DNA of 12,710 bases. Source: Thecamonas trahens ATCC 50062. Taxonomy: Eukaryota > Protista > Apusomonadida. This document shows, piece after piece, positions 8,690 to 12,710 of this stretch (position 1 is its first letter; each line of letters opens with the position of its first letter). A program made the translations under genes and the position numbers. The notes below the pieces were generated by a model that ran no database searches, was not told the origin of the DNA, and saw only the letters and a list, made by a program, of their open reading frames with translations. The DNA lies in assembly GCF_000142905.1 (NCBI RefSeq), contig NW_013657596.1, positions 1 to 12,710 on the forward strand, in the 5' to 3' direction.

Positions 8690-9207
8690 ATGGCTAACAA
8701 GACCGAGACTATCAACGCCGTACGCAAGGAGTGCTTGCCCTCGCTCGTTGAAGCCATCGCGTCGTTCTTCATGAAAATCCAGAAGTGGGTATCGCCGACC
8801 GCTTCGGGACCGGTCGAGTCCGCCGCCGTGCTCAAGCAGAATATTACGAGAGCAACAGAGGCGAGCCTCTACCACGTGACCGCTGGTCAGAGGGGGCTGG
8901 ATTCGCTGAGTCAGACGTTCAACGCCATTCTGGCTGTGCTATGGAAGGAGGCGGTCGCCGGGCTGTTGAAGGGAAAAAATTTTGCGGGCGACAATCAGCG
9001 GGTCGCGAAGCACGTGACTCGTGCCCATCGTCGGGCGGAGGATCTACTCGTCAAGGACGAAGGCTCTCGGACGGAGGAGGGGGGAGCAGCAGCATCCTCC
9101 CGCACCCTCGCACAGGTCCTGGCCGCACGGGCTAGAGCGGCTCAGGTGTCTGCGGAGGAAGCGAGCGTTGCGTCGCACACGAGCCGCTTTGGCGGACTCG
9201 GTGGGGC
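8690..9207 (+). CDS. Putative gag-like protein, N-terminal part (interrupted by an assembly gap)
   Basis: ATG-initiated ORF (MANKTETINAVRKECL...) that is open for 172 codons up to the gap. It is on the same strand as, and directly upstream of, the protease. No diagnostic gag motif is visible, so the call is positional. Confidence 0.55.
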
Positions 9208-9307
9208 NNNNNNNNNNNNNNNNNNNNNNNNNNNNNNNNNNNNNNNNNNNNNNNNNNNNNNNNNNNNNNNNNNNNNNNNNNNNNNNNNNNNNNNNNNNNN
9301 NNNNNNN
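9208..9307. other. Assembly gap (100 N placeholder)
   Basis: Run of exactly 100 N. Confidence 0.99.
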
Positions 9308-9308
9308 C

Positions 9309-12300
9309 GACGGCTCGTCGCTCCCCGGAGACAAGGCAAACAGGCCGTGGAGTCGAACGGCGCTGGTGGCTGCATGGTTTCCATGGCAGGAGGACGTCCA
9401 GGATCCCACGCCGCGGGCGGGGGAGGACCTAGTGCCAGCGGACGTGCTGGCTGTGGACGGGCGTCGGCCGCAGGAGCAGGTGTCGTCGGGTCGGGTTCGA
9501 GTCCTGGTGGCTCGAGCAGAGAGCCGGAGCACCGAACTAGATGCACCGGACCCACGCTCACGTATGGAGCGTGAGCTGGTGGGCAGCGGTTGGCCAAGCG
9601 TGGCCCTCGTTGATAGTGGCGCGGCCCGCACTGTGATCGGTGCGTCGCTGGCCGCGTTGCTGCTGGGTTGCGCACGTCACAGGGTGCGCGAGGCCGTGGG
9701 GAAGCAGTCGCGATCGCCACCCTCAGTCCGACTACGTGGTGCGGGAGGCCGCCCATTGGTAGTGCTGGGCGAACTGGGAGTTCATCTAGGCTTTGTTGAT
9801 ACAGAAGGCGAGCTATGGTCGATCGGGTCGAGTGCCGTGGTGGTGGACCATGAGCTCGTCACGGACGTCGTGCTCGGGCGCAGCGAGCTTGACCGGGTGC
9901 AAGGAGCATGGATTCGAGGAGCCGCTGCCGCAGAAGGTGCGGATGCCATGGTTTGGTTCCCGAACCATACCGGTCGCTCGCCGGTGGCGTTCGTGGGATC
10001 CGGGCAGAGCAGCGTGGAAGACCTGCAAATGGCGGTCATCGGAAAGGACAGCGGGCCACCCGCATGCGGCCGGCGAGCCACAGTGTTTGGCGCTGACACG
10101 GAAGTCAGCGACCGCAAGGCGCAGTACGACGAAGCGTACCTCGCCCAGCGGATTGCAGACACCCGGGTAGCTCTGCGGGAGCATGGAGTAGAGACAGCGT
10201 TGGGCACCGCGGGGTTCAGATCGTTGATGGAGGCGGTGTGCGAGTACCCGTTCATGTTCGATCTACGGCGCAACGGAGAGATTCAGCCCACCGCGCCAGG
10301 TCTTGAGCTGGACATCGGTTTGCGCTATGACGATGATAACCCGATCTACCTCGGGCAGCGGGATTTTGGGCCTGATCTCACGGCCAGGATCCTCGACCGA
10401 CTGGAGTACATGGCCTCACAGGGAACGGTGCAGGAGTNNNNNNNNNNNNNNNNNNNNNNNNNNNNNNNNNNNNNNNNNNNNNNNNNNNNNNNNNNNNNNN
10501 NNNNNNNNNNNNNNNNNNNNNNNNNNNNNNNNNNNNNGATGCCCGTGGTACCAGTGCTGAGAAAAGATGGCTCGGTGAGACTATGTCTCATCTGAGGGCA
10601 CTCAACCAGCGGCTGGCGGCCGAGACGGTGGAGCTCCCGGAAGTGGAAGCGATGTTGGACCGATTGGCGGAGTGCGACGTGTTCTGCTCGACAGACTGTG
10701 CTGCGGCTTACCTAGCAATCGAGCTATCGGAGGAAGCCTCCCGGATCCTCTCATTCCAGGTAGGCGGGAGATGGTGGCGATTGCGGAGGCTGGCAATGGG
10801 CCTGGCAGCATCGCCGCGACTGTTCGAGGCGTTCGCTCGCCATGTCTACCCACCACTGCAGAGCACGGCGCTGCGCAGGGAACGATACCTTGATGACGCG
10901 GTGCTAGGCAAGCTGCCGGGAACACCTACACGGCTGCTGGTCGACCAGCTGATAGCAGACCTACGAGCCGGGGCGGCAAACGGTCTTTGGTACGGTATTC
11001 CGAAGTTGGAAGCGTGCAAGGAGGAGGTCGTTTTCTACGGCAGCCGCGTGAGACTCGGACGGGTGTCGGTCACAGACGCATACCGATCAAAGATGCGCGA
11101 GCTGGCGTCGCCGAAGGACAAGAAGGAATTGCAGTCGGTGCTGGGCAGCATTGTGTGGCTAGGCTTGTTCCTCCCGCAGTTGTCGGCGAAGACATCGGCA
11201 ATGCGGAGGGCTCTAACAGCGGAAGGCCGATTCCGGTGGACGGCAGAAGCCGAAGAAGAGTTAGAGGCGTTCCGGGCACGGGCGGAGCAGCAGATGCAAC
11301 GCTCCACATACCGACGGAACCGCCGCACACTGCTTGTAGTCGACGGAGCGCCGCGTGGACTCGGCGCGATGGTACTGCAGATAGANNNNNNNNNNNNNNN
11401 NNNNNNNNNNNNNNNNNNNNNNNNNNNNNNNNNNNNNNNNNNNNNNNNNNNNNNNNNNNNNNNNNNNNNNNNNNNNNNNNNNNNNCCAGGGAGGCACTGG
11501 CGTTGAGCTTTGGTTTGAGAAGACAAGCGTATCTCTCGGAGCTGCTCATCCGCCGGTCATCGTCACGGACAGCAAACCGTTGGCGGCGCTGCTGATGGGT
11601 GCATCGTTGGAGCTGGTGCGACCGCGCGTTGCGCGGGCGATCCTAGCGATCGGCCAGCTAGCCGAATATCACGTTCTACACGTGGCCGGCCAGGCCAACG
11701 TGGCGGACGTGCTGTCGCGGCACTTTTGGCGCGCGGATGACGAATCAGAGGCATATCAAGCGTTGCGCGCGGAGGTGACGATGGCGTCCTTTGCCTACGG
11801 CTCGCGGCCTAGCGAGGAGGAGCTCGACCGCATCGTTGCCGAAGAGCAGATGAGGCTGGCGCCGTGGGAGCGGCCGGCGAAAATCAACGAAGCGCTCGGC
11901 TGGGGGCGAGTGAGAGACCCGAAGCAAGCCGCTAAGGACGTTGGCGCTATGGAGATCGGCGGAGATACCGCAAGTGACGGCGCGATCGCCGTGATGGTGA
12001 CGAACACGGTTGACAAGAGCAAGGCAGGGATGCCATGGAGACCGTGGCTCGCCAGCTGGCTGAGGGACCCCGAGGCGAAGCCGGAGGAGCTGACGCTGAT
12101 TGCGTTGGCTGCTCATCGGGCTACCGGCCACGGTGGTGCACAGAAGACAGCACAGCTCGTGCGTCAGGCAGCGCAGAGCCCATTGCGGGGGGCGGAGCGG
12201 CGTGCGGCAAGGGAAGCTGTAGCACACTGCTGGGGGTGCCTCCTTCAGCGATCAAGACTACCGAAGGCGCAACCACTGCCAGAGGCGACTGGCAGATTTG

Positions 12301-12710
12301 GTGATCGAAGCGAAGTGGGAGAGACCATTCTCATCGACCACTACACGGGCATTTCGTGCGCGGACGGGGACATCAAGGTGCTGTCGGCAGTGGACGACTG
12401 TTCCAGGTTCATGGACTTCGCGGTGGTGAAGTCAACATCGGCGACGGATGCAATCATCGCACTCGAACAGGTGTTGTCGGGCTGGCCGGGATCAGTCCAT
12501 CGCGTGGTCTCGGACAACGGACCAGCGTTCGTGGCGGACGAGTTCGAGGCATGGGCGAAGGCCCGAGGGCTGCAGCTGGTTAAGACAGCGCCCAACCATG
12601 GACAGTCGCTGGCGCGGCTCGAACGGTTGCACAACCTGTGGTCGCGCTCCATTGGGTCGGCAATTGTAGACAGGCATCGTGGTCTCGACGAGTGGCGCAC
12701 GGTCGACGTG
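9309..12710 (+). CDS. pol: pol polyprotein (PR-RT-RH-IN), partial, with two gaps and two single-base frameshifts
   Basis: Protease DSG at 9612-9620. RT PVVPVLRKDGSVRLCL[D]LRALN (frameshift ~10590) and YLDD at 10886-10897. RNase H and integrase follow. The frame from 11538 is open to the window end and is missing from the supplied ORF track. Confidence 0.92.
9580..9960 (+). other. Retropepsin (aspartic protease) domain
   Basis: VALVDSGAARTVIG ... LRGAGGRPLVVLG ... DVVLGRSEL. These correspond to the D(S/T)G active site, the flap and the LG(R/N)D-like terminal motif. Confidence 0.85.
10438..10537. other. Assembly gap (100 N placeholder; true size probably much shorter)
   Basis: Run of 100 N between QGTVQE and MPVVPV, motifs that are normally only a few residues apart in Gypsy RTs. 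Confidence 0.97.
10538..11070 (+). other. Reverse transcriptase core
   Basis: RKDGSVRLCL, LRALN, FCSTDCAAAY, LAMGLAASP, RYLDDAVL and KLEACKEEVVFYG map in order onto Gypsy RT motifs. Confidence 0.93.
11327..11720 (+). other. RNase H domain (gap 11386-11485, frameshift ~11535)
   Basis: LLVVDGAPRGLGAMVLQ ... REALAL ... YL[L]G ... VIVTDSKPL ... HVAGQANVADVLSR. All four D-E-D-D carboxylates are visible. Confidence 0.88.
11386..11485. other. Assembly gap (100 N placeholder)
   Basis: Run of exactly 100 N inside RNase H. Confidence 0.99.
12114..12710 (+). other. Integrase: HHCC zinc finger and D,D(35)E core
   Basis: H-X4-H-X32-C-X2-C at 12114-12239. Catalytic residues are D at 12336 (ILIDH), D at 12513 (VSDNGPAF) and E at 12621 (LERLH), with exactly 35 residues between the second D and the E. 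Confidence 0.95.

Larger units (their letters stand above)
8502..12710 (+). mobile_element. Ty3/Gypsy (Metaviridae)-type LTR retrotransposon, truncated by the window edge
   Basis: Domain order is gag-like ORF, aspartic protease (LVDSGA), RT (YLDD), RNase H, then integrase (HHCC plus D,D35E). Integrase after RNase H excludes Ty1/Copia, and the motifs resemble Gypsy. The left boundary is tentative. Confidence 0.92.

Noticed and set aside
4174-10595. Stop-codon-triggered (Euplotes-like +2) frameshifting, since TGA follows closely at two sites (TTT TCG TGA and CTC ATC TGA)
   Set aside because: Skipping at the stop would give MFSTKG and LCLIRALN, losing conserved residues including the RT Asp. 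The other two sites have no adjacent stop.
8690-11595. ORF-track proteins that read through the N runs as continuous frames
   Set aside because: The gaps are 100-N placeholders of unknown true length, so frame continuity across them is meaningless.
8690-12710. Telomere-maintaining non-LTR element, Penelope/TERT-like RT, or Ty1/Copia element
   Set aside because: The element has a protease, RNase H and a downstream DDE integrase. It is separated from the telomere by a gene and is not attached to telomeric repeats.

Overview
This window is the left end of a chromosome from a GC-rich, apparently intron-poor eukaryote; the taxon cannot be determined from the sequence. From the end inward: (1) a vertebrate-type telomere, (TAACCC)n/(TTAGGG)n, at 1-170. 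(2) A ~2.75-kb non-coding, strand-asymmetric subtelomere containing a decayed ~500-bp repeat that recurs as a circularly permuted copy, plus several palindromes. (3) One large minus-strand gene (~2952-8490, ~1,850 aa once repaired) transcribed toward the telomere. It encodes a ~1,390-aa Ala/Glu/Lys-rich coiled coil followed by two cyclic-nucleotide-binding domains, is split by one clear and one probable single-base frameshift, and has no in-frame ATG at its 5' end. (4) Head-to-head with it and only 200 bp away, a divergent Ty3/Gypsy-type LTR retrotransposon (gag-like ORF, then protease-RT-RNase H-integrase) that runs off the right edge. The element carries three 100-N assembly gaps and two more single-base frameshifts, but its catalytic residues are intact. 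All four frameshifts are one base short, which most simply indicates consensus error. All alignments were done by eye.
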